Source: Bacteroidales bacterium (GTDB lineage Bacteria; Bacteroidota; Bacteroidia; Bacteroidales; UBA932). From it: DNA of 64,000 bases. Below are positions 56,701 to 64,000 of this stretch, in pieces; position 1 is the first letter of the stretch; the number at the start of each line of letters is the position of its first letter. The notes beneath the pieces are model-generated. The model did not search any database. It saw nothing but the letters and a program-made list of their open reading frames with translations, and was not told the origin of the DNA. Position numbers and translations under genes: made by a program. The DNA lies in NCBI GenBank assembly GCA_022777585.1, contig JALFFZ010000054.1:6004-70003 (forward strand). Reading direction: 5' to 3'.

Positions 56701-57097
56701 AACCCAGGCCCTGCTTGACTACTACGGAGTATCCGAGGCGTCAGCATTGGCAAGGGATAACGGCGGAGTCCCCGTAAATGGCGGTGACCTCATCGATGCC
56801 AACAAGTGGTATACCGCTATCGGCTCCGGAGACACAGTGCCTCAGTACTATACATATTCTGCGACCAACTTCAGGCTCCAGGAGGCCTGCATCGGCTACA
56901 CCTTCCCTCGCAAGATGATGAAGAATGTATGCGAGCTCACCCTCCAGCTTGTCGGACGCAATCTGTGGATGATTTACAACAAGGCTCCGTTCGACCCTGA
57001 GACAATCGCCACGACCGGAAGCTACTATCAGGGAATTGACTACTTCATGAGCCCTTCCACCCGCAACTTCGGTTTCAATGTAAGACTCAAATTCTAA
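53759..57097 (+). CDS. susC: SusC-type TonB-dependent transducer with STN domain
   Basis: STN-like N-extension; VVTALGIKR..LSY, DINPEDIESMTVL.G..AAALYGS.AANG.I.ITTKKG, LKPERT, C-terminal RNFGFNVRLKF. Confidence 0.96.
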   Translation: MNKGLLLAFRLAVLAFVLCLSPIVANAQRINLKVENATLESVLDKVEQQSRYLFLNDQVDLSRRVTVDVSEQSLESALTEIFEGMNVAWNIQGTNVYISNKPAHSASQQTSSTVSGTVMDAYGQPVMGAAVLVKGTLTGTSTDLDGRFSFELPAGSENGVLEVSCLGYKTQELAIGSRREFNVILEDDTILMEGTVVTALGIKRSEKALSYNVQKVDSDAILGNKDANFVNSLNGKVAGLVINASSSGVGGSSKVVMRGEKSISKSSNALYVIDGVPMFNVAKEAGTEFSSQGTTDPVADINPEDIESMTVLTGAAAAALYGSSAANGAIVITTKKGQQGKTSVTVSSNTDMYRPFVLPRFQNRYGTGDYSSSEGSIVRSWGKRLNETNYMGYDPARDYFQMGITGTESVSLSTGTEKNQTYLSAAAVNSRGNIPNNSYNRYNFTFRNTTSFLDDRMTLDVTASYIMQNDRNMTNQGVYNNPVVGAYLFPRGNDWEDIRMYERYDTARSIYTQYWPVGDAGMTMQNPYWINYRNLRVNKKDRYMLGAGLSYKILDWMTLSGRVRIDNSTNKYTEKFFATTNTQLTEQSNNGLYGLEISEDKQVYADALLDINKTWNDWSLHANVGASISDMRYDLTKNRGPIAADNLPNVFSLFTVDQGKLVKAQSGWREQTQSVYASAEIGFKGAYYLTLTGRNDWPSQLAGPQSGAKGFFYPSVGASAVLSQIIPNMPKQLEYLKIRASYASVGSPFERFIANPLHTWPEKGSSWNQQTSYPVKDLKPERTDSWEAGLSMRFLNWFNLEATYYHTDTRNQTIYPTISSGSGYSSIPIQSGSVLNQGLELALGFDKTWGIFNWQSNYTFSMNRNKIRSLTNCINPMTGEPIEIGTMTMGGLGNVKFLLKEGGSLGDIYSRSDLKRDSNNDIYVDEKGNIATQTIDNVDNYIKLGSISPKANMAWRNDFRIGNFNLGFMLTARLGGVVFSRTQALLDYYGVSEASALARDNGGVPVNGGDLIDANKWYTAIGSGDTVPQYYTYSATNFRLQEACIGYTFPRKMMKNVCELTLQLVGRNLWMIYNKAPFDPETIATTGSYYQGIDYFMSPSTRNFGFNVRLKF

Positions 57098-57103
57098 GAG
57101 AAT

Positions 57104-58726
57104 ATGAACAAGATTATATACAGATACCTCATACCGGCCTCAGCCATTGCCGCGGCGCTTGCGACATCCTGCACGGCCAACTATCTGGAAATCAACAGCG
57201 ATCCGTACGGCGTGACCCAGGACGAGCTCCAGCGTGACGGCTACATCATCAAGGCTGCCCTCACCGGAATCGCGGACGGTGTCATCTCCCCGGACGTGAA
57301 CACCACACAGTTCACAGAGTGCCTTCTCGGAGGCCCGATGGCAGGCTACATGGCCGATGCGAACGCAGGTTTCGCCAACACCATCTCCAACTACAACGCC
57401 ACTGACAACTGGACCAATGTCTTCATGCAGAGCGACAGGATGATGCCGGTGGTCTATACCAATTACAACCAGCTCCGCAATGTGACCGACAACCCGGTGA
57501 TTCTGGCAGTCGGCGACATCGTGAAAGTGGCCGCAATGCACAGGGTATGCGATACCTACGGCCCTATTCCTTACACCAGAATCGGTCAGGACGGCAAACT
57601 CCAGGTTGCCTACGATTCCCAGGAGGATGTTTACAAGGCAATGATTCAGGAACTTACCGATGCCGTGGAGGTTCTCCTTCCGAACAGGACCAACAATTTC
57701 GCTCCGACGGCGGACATCATCTACGGCGGTCAGACAGAGAAGTGGATCAAGTTTGCCAACTCATTGAAACTCAGGCTTGCGATGCGTATCAGCTACGCTG
57801 CTCCTGAACTCTCAAGGAAGGCTGCCGAGGAGGCTGTCAACAATGAGGTAGGCGTTTTCACCTCCAATGAGGACAATGCCAAAGTGACCACCTTCGGCGT
57901 GGACGGCAACCCTATCAACGTGGCCGTGCACTACAATATGGCCAAGCATTCCGACGGGGCTGTCTGCCAGACTGGCGGAGACTCGCACGCCGCCGCTGAC
58001 ATCATCTGCTATATGAACGGCTACAATGACCCTCGCCGCAAGGCCTACTTCACCGAGTCCGAGTGGGGCGAAGGATTCCAGTACACGGGTCTCCGTCACG
58101 GAATCATCATCCCTGACCATTCGAGCGTCGGCCACAAGTATTCAGGCGTGAAGATTGCCGCCGATTCCCCGATTTACTGGATGAACGCCGCCGAGGTAGC
58201 CTTCCTCAAGGCTGAGGCAGCAGGAGTATTCGGATACGATATGGGCGGTTCCGCCAGGGATTTCTATGAGGAAGGCATCCGTCTCTCATTCGAGCAGTGG
58301 GGAGCCGGCGACGCCTCAGCCTACATTGCAGACGGCTCAAGCATCCCTCAGGTTTATCTCGACCCTGCCGGCACCAATACATATTCACAGGCCCTCTCGA
58401 CAATTACCGTGGCATGGAATGACAGCGCCGATGCGGAGGAGATGCAGGAGAGAATCATCACCCAGAAGTGGATCGCCAACTGGCTGCTCGGAAATGAGTC
58501 CTGGGCAGACTGGAGACGCACCGGCTACCCTCATCTCATACCTGCCAGCGATGCCGGCAACAAGAGCAACGGAATGGTTGACTCCGCTGAAGGAGCACGC
58601 CGTATGCCTTATCCTCGCGATGAGTACGTAAACAACCCTGAGAATATCCGTCAGGCTGTTTCGGAATATCTCGCCGGACCGGACAACATGTCCACGAGAC
58701 TTTGGTTTGACTGCAAAAACAAGTAA
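57104..58726 (+). CDS. susD: SusD-like lipoprotein (SusD-like_2 type)
   Basis: Lipobox ATSC; DTYGPIPY, KWIKFANSLKLRLAMR, NDPR, IITQKWIA..E.W...RRTGYP, RLWFD. Confidence 0.95.
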   Translation: MNKIIYRYLIPASAIAAALATSCTANYLEINSDPYGVTQDELQRDGYIIKAALTGIADGVISPDVNTTQFTECLLGGPMAGYMADANAGFANTISNYNATDNWTNVFMQSDRMMPVVYTNYNQLRNVTDNPVILAVGDIVKVAAMHRVCDTYGPIPYTRIGQDGKLQVAYDSQEDVYKAMIQELTDAVEVLLPNRTNNFAPTADIIYGGQTEKWIKFANSLKLRLAMRISYAAPELSRKAAEEAVNNEVGVFTSNEDNAKVTTFGVDGNPINVAVHYNMAKHSDGAVCQTGGDSHAAADIICYMNGYNDPRRKAYFTESEWGEGFQYTGLRHGIIIPDHSSVGHKYSGVKIAADSPIYWMNAAEVAFLKAEAAGVFGYDMGGSARDFYEEGIRLSFEQWGAGDASAYIADGSSIPQVYLDPAGTNTYSQALSTITVAWNDSADAEEMQERIITQKWIANWLLGNESWADWRRTGYPHLIPASDAGNKSNGMVDSAEGARRMPYPRDEYVNNPENIRQAVSEYLAGPDNMSTRLWFDCKNK

Positions 58727-59826
58727 TGATGAAAATGAAAAACAACATATTCAAGACCCTCTTCCTTGCCGCAGCTGCGATATCCTTCGCATCCTGCTCC
58801 GAGTGGACCGAGCCGGAGTCTGTGGGATTCCACTATACCACTCTCGAGGAGAAGAATCCTGAGCTCTACAAGGCTTATTTCCAGTCAGTCAGGGACTACA
58901 GGGATTCAGAACACAAGGTCGTGATTGCCAAGTTCGACAACAAGTCCACTACATTGGCCGGACGCGCCGAGCACATCACCTGCCTGCCTGACAGCGTTGA
59001 CTACATCATTCTATACAATCCTGAGGTCAGCGCCGCCATTGCGGACGAGATGCGCGAAGTACGTGAGCTCAAAGGCCAGAAAGTCCTCTATCAGATTGAG
59101 TACAAGACCATCGAGAATGAGTACAAGGACTATGCAGAGGCCTGGAATGATGCGCATCCTCCAGTGGAGGGTGAGGAGGCAGCCCCTGCGGATCCTGCCG
59201 ATACCCTCATATCCCTCAACAATTATGTCAGCGAGGCTGTCAAGGCCAGGACTGCCTATCTTTCAGAGTACGGATATGACGGTGTGAACATTGTCTTTTC
59301 CACAAAGAATCCGGCAAGCTGCACTGAGGAGGCGCTGGCTGAACTGAAGACCGCACAGGCCGCATTCCTTGCTCCGATTGCAGAGGCTATTGCAGCAAAT
59401 CCGGATGCCCTGGTGTTCTTCGAAGGCACGCCGCAGTTTGTCCTGGAAAATGCCGAGATCGTGGAAAATGCCGATTATCTGATCATTCCTGCGACTACGG
59501 CCGTCAATGAGTCTGAACTCAGCTACGAACTCGGCCTTGTGAACCGCTACGGTAATATTCCTGCCGACAGGTTCATCGTTTCCGTGACTGTCCGCTCACT
59601 TGAGGACCCTGCCCTGACCGACGGTACATTCTCCGGATTGGACAGGAAAGGAAGGGAGAAGACAGCCATCATCGGAGCCGCCGAGTGGACTGCAAAGCCG
59701 GTTCAGGGAGTGGTAAAGGCCGGTATTGCCGTAGAAAACGCCCAGAATGACTATTACAATCTTTCACTGGTTTACTACAGTATCAGAGAGGCTATCTCAA
59801 TAATGAATCCTTCACCTATCAAATAG
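58726..59826 (+). CDS. GH18-like lipoprotein (DUF4849 type) with degenerate catalytic motif
   Basis: Lipobox FASC; Y...RDY, LPDSVDYI, KGQKVLY; YGYDGVNIVF lacks DxDxE. Confidence 0.78.
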   Translation: MMKMKNNIFKTLFLAAAAISFASCSEWTEPESVGFHYTTLEEKNPELYKAYFQSVRDYRDSEHKVVIAKFDNKSTTLAGRAEHITCLPDSVDYIILYNPEVSAAIADEMREVRELKGQKVLYQIEYKTIENEYKDYAEAWNDAHPPVEGEEAAPADPADTLISLNNYVSEAVKARTAYLSEYGYDGVNIVFSTKNPASCTEEALAELKTAQAAFLAPIAEAIAANPDALVFFEGTPQFVLENAEIVENADYLIIPATTAVNESELSYELGLVNRYGNIPADRFIVSVTVRSLEDPALTDGTFSGLDRKGREKTAIIGAAEWTAKPVQGVVKAGIAVENAQNDYYNLSLVYYSIREAISIMNPSPIK

Positions 59827-59834
59827 CTGATGCA

Positions 59835-61013
59835 ATGAAACATATCATTAAGAATATATTCTGGATGACCCTTTCCGCAGCCGTGCTGACAGTCTCTGCC
59901 TGCACCTCTGAGAAGGAGAAGATGGACGAGCATCATTTCGACAACAAGCTCTTCATCAACACATCCGTCACATCCGAGGAGATTCTGGTCAAGCCTTCAG
60001 GGGCAGGCGTCCAGATTTCCAGGGAACTTACAATCGGCACAGCCCTCAAGGCTGCAAACAAGATAACCGGACGCTTTGTGGCCGCTCCTGAAATGCTTGA
60101 GACCTACAAGCTCTCCTGCTACGACGAGAATGCGGTGGCTCTTGCCGACACAATGTGCGTCATTGACAATGCGGATGTCATTGTCGAGGCCGGAGCGACG
60201 GCTTCAGCCCCTGCTACCGTGACTTTCACTGAACTTGAGAAACTTGACAGGGAGACTGTCTATGTGATGCCTGTTGCCCTGCGCGACGTGGAGGGCATTG
60301 ACGTGTTGGCTTCCAAGACCGTGGTTTACTACGTGTTCAAGGGCGCCGCTCTCATCAACGTTGTGGCCAACATTGCCGAGAACAGGGCATATCCTGACTT
60401 CAACAACGATCCCAAGTTCAATAATCTCAGCAATTTCACAATGGAGGCCCTGATACGTCCACAGGCATTCGGACGTCTGATTTCCACCATCATGGGCATC
60501 GAGGGCAAGTTCCTGCTCCGTATCGGCGACGCCGGAGTTCCTGACAACCAGCTGCAGATTGCCTGCTCAAGGAATGTCACAAACTCCGATCTCCAGTTCG
60601 AGGCCGGTAAATGGTATCACATTGCGGTTGCCTTCGACAACGGGAATGTCAAGGTCTATATCAACGGCTCCGAAAAGCTTTCCGACAATGTGGGCTCTAC
60701 CAGCATCAGCCTTGGTGCAAAGCATCACAATGAGGATGATGGCAGCCGCGTATTCTGGATAGGCTATTCCTATGCCCACGACCGCTATTTCGACGGAGAC
60801 ATTGCCGAGGTGCGTATCTGGAACAGGACTCTTTCCAAAGATGACGTCAATGCTCCGAACCATTTCTACACCGTTGATCCTGCTTCAGAAGGCCTGATTT
60901 CCTACTGGAAGTTCGACGATGCGGCAGGAAACATCATAAAGGATTACTCGTCAAGCGGTTATGACCTGACCTGCGACAGCAATCCGAAATGGAACAAAGT
61001 TAGTCTTCCTTAA
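59835..61013 (+). CDS. DUF1735 + LamG (ConA-like) surface glycan-binding lipoprotein
   Basis: Lipobox VSAC; YVMPVAL; FTMEA, GKWYHIAV.F..KVYING, FDGDIAEVRIW, GLISYWKFD. Confidence 0.88.
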   Translation: MKHIIKNIFWMTLSAAVLTVSACTSEKEKMDEHHFDNKLFINTSVTSEEILVKPSGAGVQISRELTIGTALKAANKITGRFVAAPEMLETYKLSCYDENAVALADTMCVIDNADVIVEAGATASAPATVTFTELEKLDRETVYVMPVALRDVEGIDVLASKTVVYYVFKGAALINVVANIAENRAYPDFNNDPKFNNLSNFTMEALIRPQAFGRLISTIMGIEGKFLLRIGDAGVPDNQLQIACSRNVTNSDLQFEAGKWYHIAVAFDNGNVKVYINGSEKLSDNVGSTSISLGAKHHNEDDGSRVFWIGYSYAHDRYFDGDIAEVRIWNRTLSKDDVNAPNHFYTVDPASEGLISYWKFDDAAGNIIKDYSSSGYDLTCDSNPKWNKVSLP

Positions 61014-61025
61014 ATTGAAACAGAG

Positions 61026-62447
61026 ATGAAGAAATTATACAGAATAATGCTGACCCCGGCTGTCATCATTTCCTCGCTTGCTGCAGTTTCCTGCTCCGAG
61101 GATATTGTAATCGACAGAATTGATGAGGGTGCATATGAAAATGTGAATTCGCTCATTGGCTCTCTCAGGGATGCCAATACCGGCGATGTCAGCACCATCG
61201 TGGAAATGTTCCGCGACAGCTACAGTACCAATGTGGCCTTCACATTGTCCCGTCCTCCAAAGGCCGGAGTGGACGTGCAGGTGGAATATGATGCCGACTA
61301 TGTGGCTCAGTACAACAGGGAGCACGGCACTGATTTCCTGGCCTGGCCGAAGGAAAGGTATTCCATCCAGAACGGGGGACGCATTGTCGTCGCTCCTGAT
61401 GAAAAGGTATCCTACAGTCTCGGCGTGGAGATTGCCAGGGCCGACACGACAGAACTCATTGCCGAGGCCACTTACATTCTCCCTCTCAAGGCTGTCGCGA
61501 CAGGAGGTGATGTCAAGGTTTCCGAGTCCCGCTGCGTGTATCTTCTGAAGAACCGTTCCGGTGATGGCACCGCCATGAGGGAGCCGGGCGAGAAGGAGAC
61601 CTTCCTCTATTTCGAGGTCAATGACACCAACCCGCTGAATGCTCTCCAGTTCAGGATGGAGGACGGCCGCTACCTCTGGAATTATGTCTGCCTCTTCGCT
61701 GCCAACATCAACTATGACAGGGAGAAGGGCGAAGTATATGTGTTCTGCAACCCTCAGGTCCAGTACATTCTCGACCATAGCGAGGAGATTCTCCAGCCTC
61801 TCCGCAAAAGGGGTATCAAGGTTCTCCTCGGTCTCCTCGGCAACCACGACGAGTCCGGCCTGGCACAGCTTTCTGACCTTGGCGCACGTGAATTTGCAAT
61901 GAAACTCAAGGCAATCTGCGATGCATACAACCTCGACGGAGTGAATTTCGACGACGAGTACTCCAATTATCCGGATACCGACAATCCTTTGTTCGTGAAT
62001 CCATCTACCCAGGCAGGAGCAAGGCTGATGTTTGAGACCAAGAAGATCATGCCTGAGAAATATGTCACGACTTTCCAGTATGGCTATATGGGCGGTGTCG
62101 ATTATGTTGACGGAGTTGCTGCAGGGGAGTGGATCGACATTGCCATTGCCAATTATGGTGGCAGGGGCCGGCCTTATGCGGGAATGACAAATGCGGATTG
62201 TTCCGGAGCCTCGATAGAGATGGCAAGAGGAGGTTCCATTTCGGTTGGTTCCGCTGAGACCGTGAAGAACAGCGATTACGGCTATTTCATGGTCTTCGCA
62301 TTGTGGGCAGCGGGCAAGCAGGGCAACCAGGCCCAGTACAACAGCATGAACAACCTGGCTCAGGGCCTGTACGGCACCCCGCTTGTGAAGCCGGAGTATT
62401 ACTGGCCTAGCACGCTGTCTCTCGAAACTAAGCCGTTGAGTTGGTAA
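61026..62447 (+). CDS. Endo-beta-N-acetylglucosaminidase GH18 (EndoH/EndoF1/BT3987-like) with DUF1735 domain
   Basis: Lipobox AVSC; EVNDTNPLN, LFAANINYD, GIKVLLGLLGNH; intact LDGVNFDDEY. Confidence 0.92.
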   Translation: MKKLYRIMLTPAVIISSLAAVSCSEDIVIDRIDEGAYENVNSLIGSLRDANTGDVSTIVEMFRDSYSTNVAFTLSRPPKAGVDVQVEYDADYVAQYNREHGTDFLAWPKERYSIQNGGRIVVAPDEKVSYSLGVEIARADTTELIAEATYILPLKAVATGGDVKVSESRCVYLLKNRSGDGTAMREPGEKETFLYFEVNDTNPLNALQFRMEDGRYLWNYVCLFAANINYDREKGEVYVFCNPQVQYILDHSEEILQPLRKRGIKVLLGLLGNHDESGLAQLSDLGAREFAMKLKAICDAYNLDGVNFDDEYSNYPDTDNPLFVNPSTQAGARLMFETKKIMPEKYVTTFQYGYMGGVDYVDGVAAGEWIDIAIANYGGRGRPYAGMTNADCSGASIEMARGGSISVGSAETVKNSDYGYFMVFALWAAGKQGNQAQYNSMNNLAQGLYGTPLVKPEYYWPSTLSLETKPLSW

Positions 62448-62462
62448 TCTAATTGTAAGTAA

Positions 62463-64000
62463 ATGGATATGAAAAAGATATTTTCATTGTCAATTGCCGC
62501 CGCATTGGTTTTTGCAGCCTGCGGCGAGGAGGAAATCCAGATTGACAACAGTTCAGTGAGCCTTTCCGCAGAAACGGTAGTGGCTGCTCCGGAAGGCGGC
62601 ATTTATGATATAGTCGTGACTTCAGATTCGGACTGGAGAGTTTCCGGTTTCTGTGAATGGGCAAGGCCTCTGGCGGAGTCCGGGAAGAGCGGCGAAACCC
62701 TTAAGATTGAGGTTGATCCGAGCAATTCACGCAAAATTCTGACCACGGAATTCAAGGTTTTCTCAGGTTCTGCCGTGAAGACTGTCGAGGTCCGGAGCAA
62801 TCCTTCATTCATATTGGACCTTCTTACTGAGAATGAGGTGGAATTCAGCTCCGCAGAAGCCTCTCTATCAATCAAGCTGGATACCAATGTCCCTGAGATA
62901 GAGCCGGCTTTCTCGGGCACCGGCTCTGGTTGGGTAGAGTTTGTGGACCGTCAGGAAGTTTTCGGGAAAACAATACTCTCATTCAATGTCAAAGCCAATG
63001 AGACCTATGTCGGCAGGGAAACCGAGCTCACGCTTTCGGGAGAAGGGAAGTCGGCTTCCGTGAAGATATCCCAAGCCCAGCTGGATGCGATAATCACAGA
63101 TACCCCTAAGGTTGTTCATACAGGTCTGGATGCCTCTTCCGTGACCTTCGATGTCCGTGCCAATGTTGATTTCACATTCGAACTGCCATCCTGGCTGACC
63201 CTTGAGTCCCAGAAGGCAGGTGCCAAGGGTGAGGATGGACTGACAACCCATACGATCACTCTTTCATTTGGGGAAAATGCGGCCAGCCGCGTAGCCGACC
63301 TGAACTTCGTCTCTGGCGGAAAAATTCTCCTTCAGGTATCCGTGAAGCAGCAGAATCCGAATGCTGTTCTTTTCAATATCACTGACATGGTATTGCGTCA
63401 GGAACTTGTGAGGAAGGGATGGATTCTGGCCTCCGATTCCAGCACTGAATGCGAACTGCTGGAACCGGGAATGACGGGAACATCGCTCGAAATCTCGACT
63501 TCCAGCTGGTCCAAGTTGAATGTAAAGGTGATTGACGGCCTGGATAACTTCCCTGCGCTTGAGACACTTACATTGAAGAAACTCAACGTCGAGACTCTCA
63601 ATCTTGACAAGTGCGTGAAACTCAATACATTGACTGTCAGTGAACTGAATAGGCTGAAAGAAGTTGTTCTCGGCAATTGTCCGGTTACAGTTTTCTCAAC
63701 TTATCTTGGCGGAAGGTATTCATACGATTATTTCGAGGCCTCATCATTGACAATAAGTTCTGAAAACCTGACTGAAGTCAATGTTTCCAGCGAGTCGTAC
63801 TATCTCTCATATTACGACATCTGTGCTGAGATTGATGTTGCAGGCTGTCCGAAACTTGCAATTCTGAAAGCGAAGAGAGAGACTACAGACTGGTATGGTG
63901 ATGTGATTTGCCATCTCGAGAAACTCTACATCTCAAAGGACCAGAAGGCAGCTATCGATGCCGGTACGCTCACTGTGGAGAAACCGGCGAAGACTGAATT
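62463..64000 (+). CDS. Partial lipoprotein with BACON repeats and leucine-rich repeats (runs off the window; absent from the ORF track)
   Basis: Own translation of sampled segments: MDMKKIFSLSIAAALVFAAC, VTSDSDWRV..W, GLDNFPALETLTL..LNLDKCVKLNTL; same frame still open at the window end. Confidence 0.82.
   Translation, partial: MDMKKIFSLSIAAALVFAACGEEEIQIDNSSVSLSAETVVAAPEGGIYDIVVTSDSDWRVSGFCEWARPLAESGKSGETLKIEVDPSNSRKILTTEFKVFSGSAVKTVEVRSNPSFILDLLTENEVEFSSAEASLSIKLDTNVPEIEPAFSGTGSGWVEFVDRQEVFGKTILSFNVKANETYVGRETELTLSGEGKSASVKISQAQLDAIITDTPKVVHTGLDASSVTFDVRANVDFTFELPSWLTLESQKAGAKGEDGLTTHTITLSFGENAASRVADLNFVSGGKILLQVSVKQQNPNAVLFNITDMVLRQELVRKGWILASDSSTECELLEPGMTGTSLEISTSSWSKLNVKVIDGLDNFPALETLTLKKLNVETLNLDKCVKLNTLTVSELNRLKEVVLGNCPVTVFSTYLGGRYSYDYFEASSLTISSENLTEVNVSSESYYLSYYDICAEIDVAGCPKLAILKAKRETTDWYGDVICHLEKLYISKDQKAAIDAGTLTVEKPAKTE

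Noticed and set aside
1-64000. rRNA, tRNA, IS/integrase, prophage or defence genes
   Set aside because: None recognised; intergenic gaps are short and mostly explained by promoters or terminators. A covariance-model search was not possible, so small RNAs cannot be excluded

Overview
Gene-dense chromosomal window from a Bacteroidota bacterium, probably Bacteroidales. This is inferred from three SusC/SusD pairs, many lipoproteins and TTTG-N20-TAnnTTTG promoters. From left to right: (1) the tail of a locus encoding a BACON-EEP lipoprotein and a large DUF6259-like putative glycosidase; (2) a RagAB-like SusC/SusD locus with a metallophosphoesterase and a zinc metalloprotease but no glycosidase; (3) a divergent GntR-regulated catabolic cluster for an unidentified sugar (mutarotase-like protein, MFS transporter, AraA/FucI-fold isomerase, PMI-like cupin fused to a degenerate P-loop domain, ROK kinase); (4) an operon joining a lipoprotein with a ~220-aa cationic Ser/Thr tail, a small lipoprotein and a GT4 glycosyltransferase; (5) housekeeping genes (pckA, recQ, yfcE, DUF4332, HI0933 flavoprotein, uvrB, pgl, aguA/aguB, an outer-membrane barrel, HAD); (6) two back-to-back PULs arranged around one ECF sigma gene with two FecR anti-sigma genes. 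The left PUL has no glycosidase but two EEP phosphoesterases and an oxidoreductase; the right one resembles the high-mannose N-glycan PUL and runs off the window. I saw no rRNA, tRNA, CRISPR array or mobile element. All family calls come from reading motifs; no database search was run.
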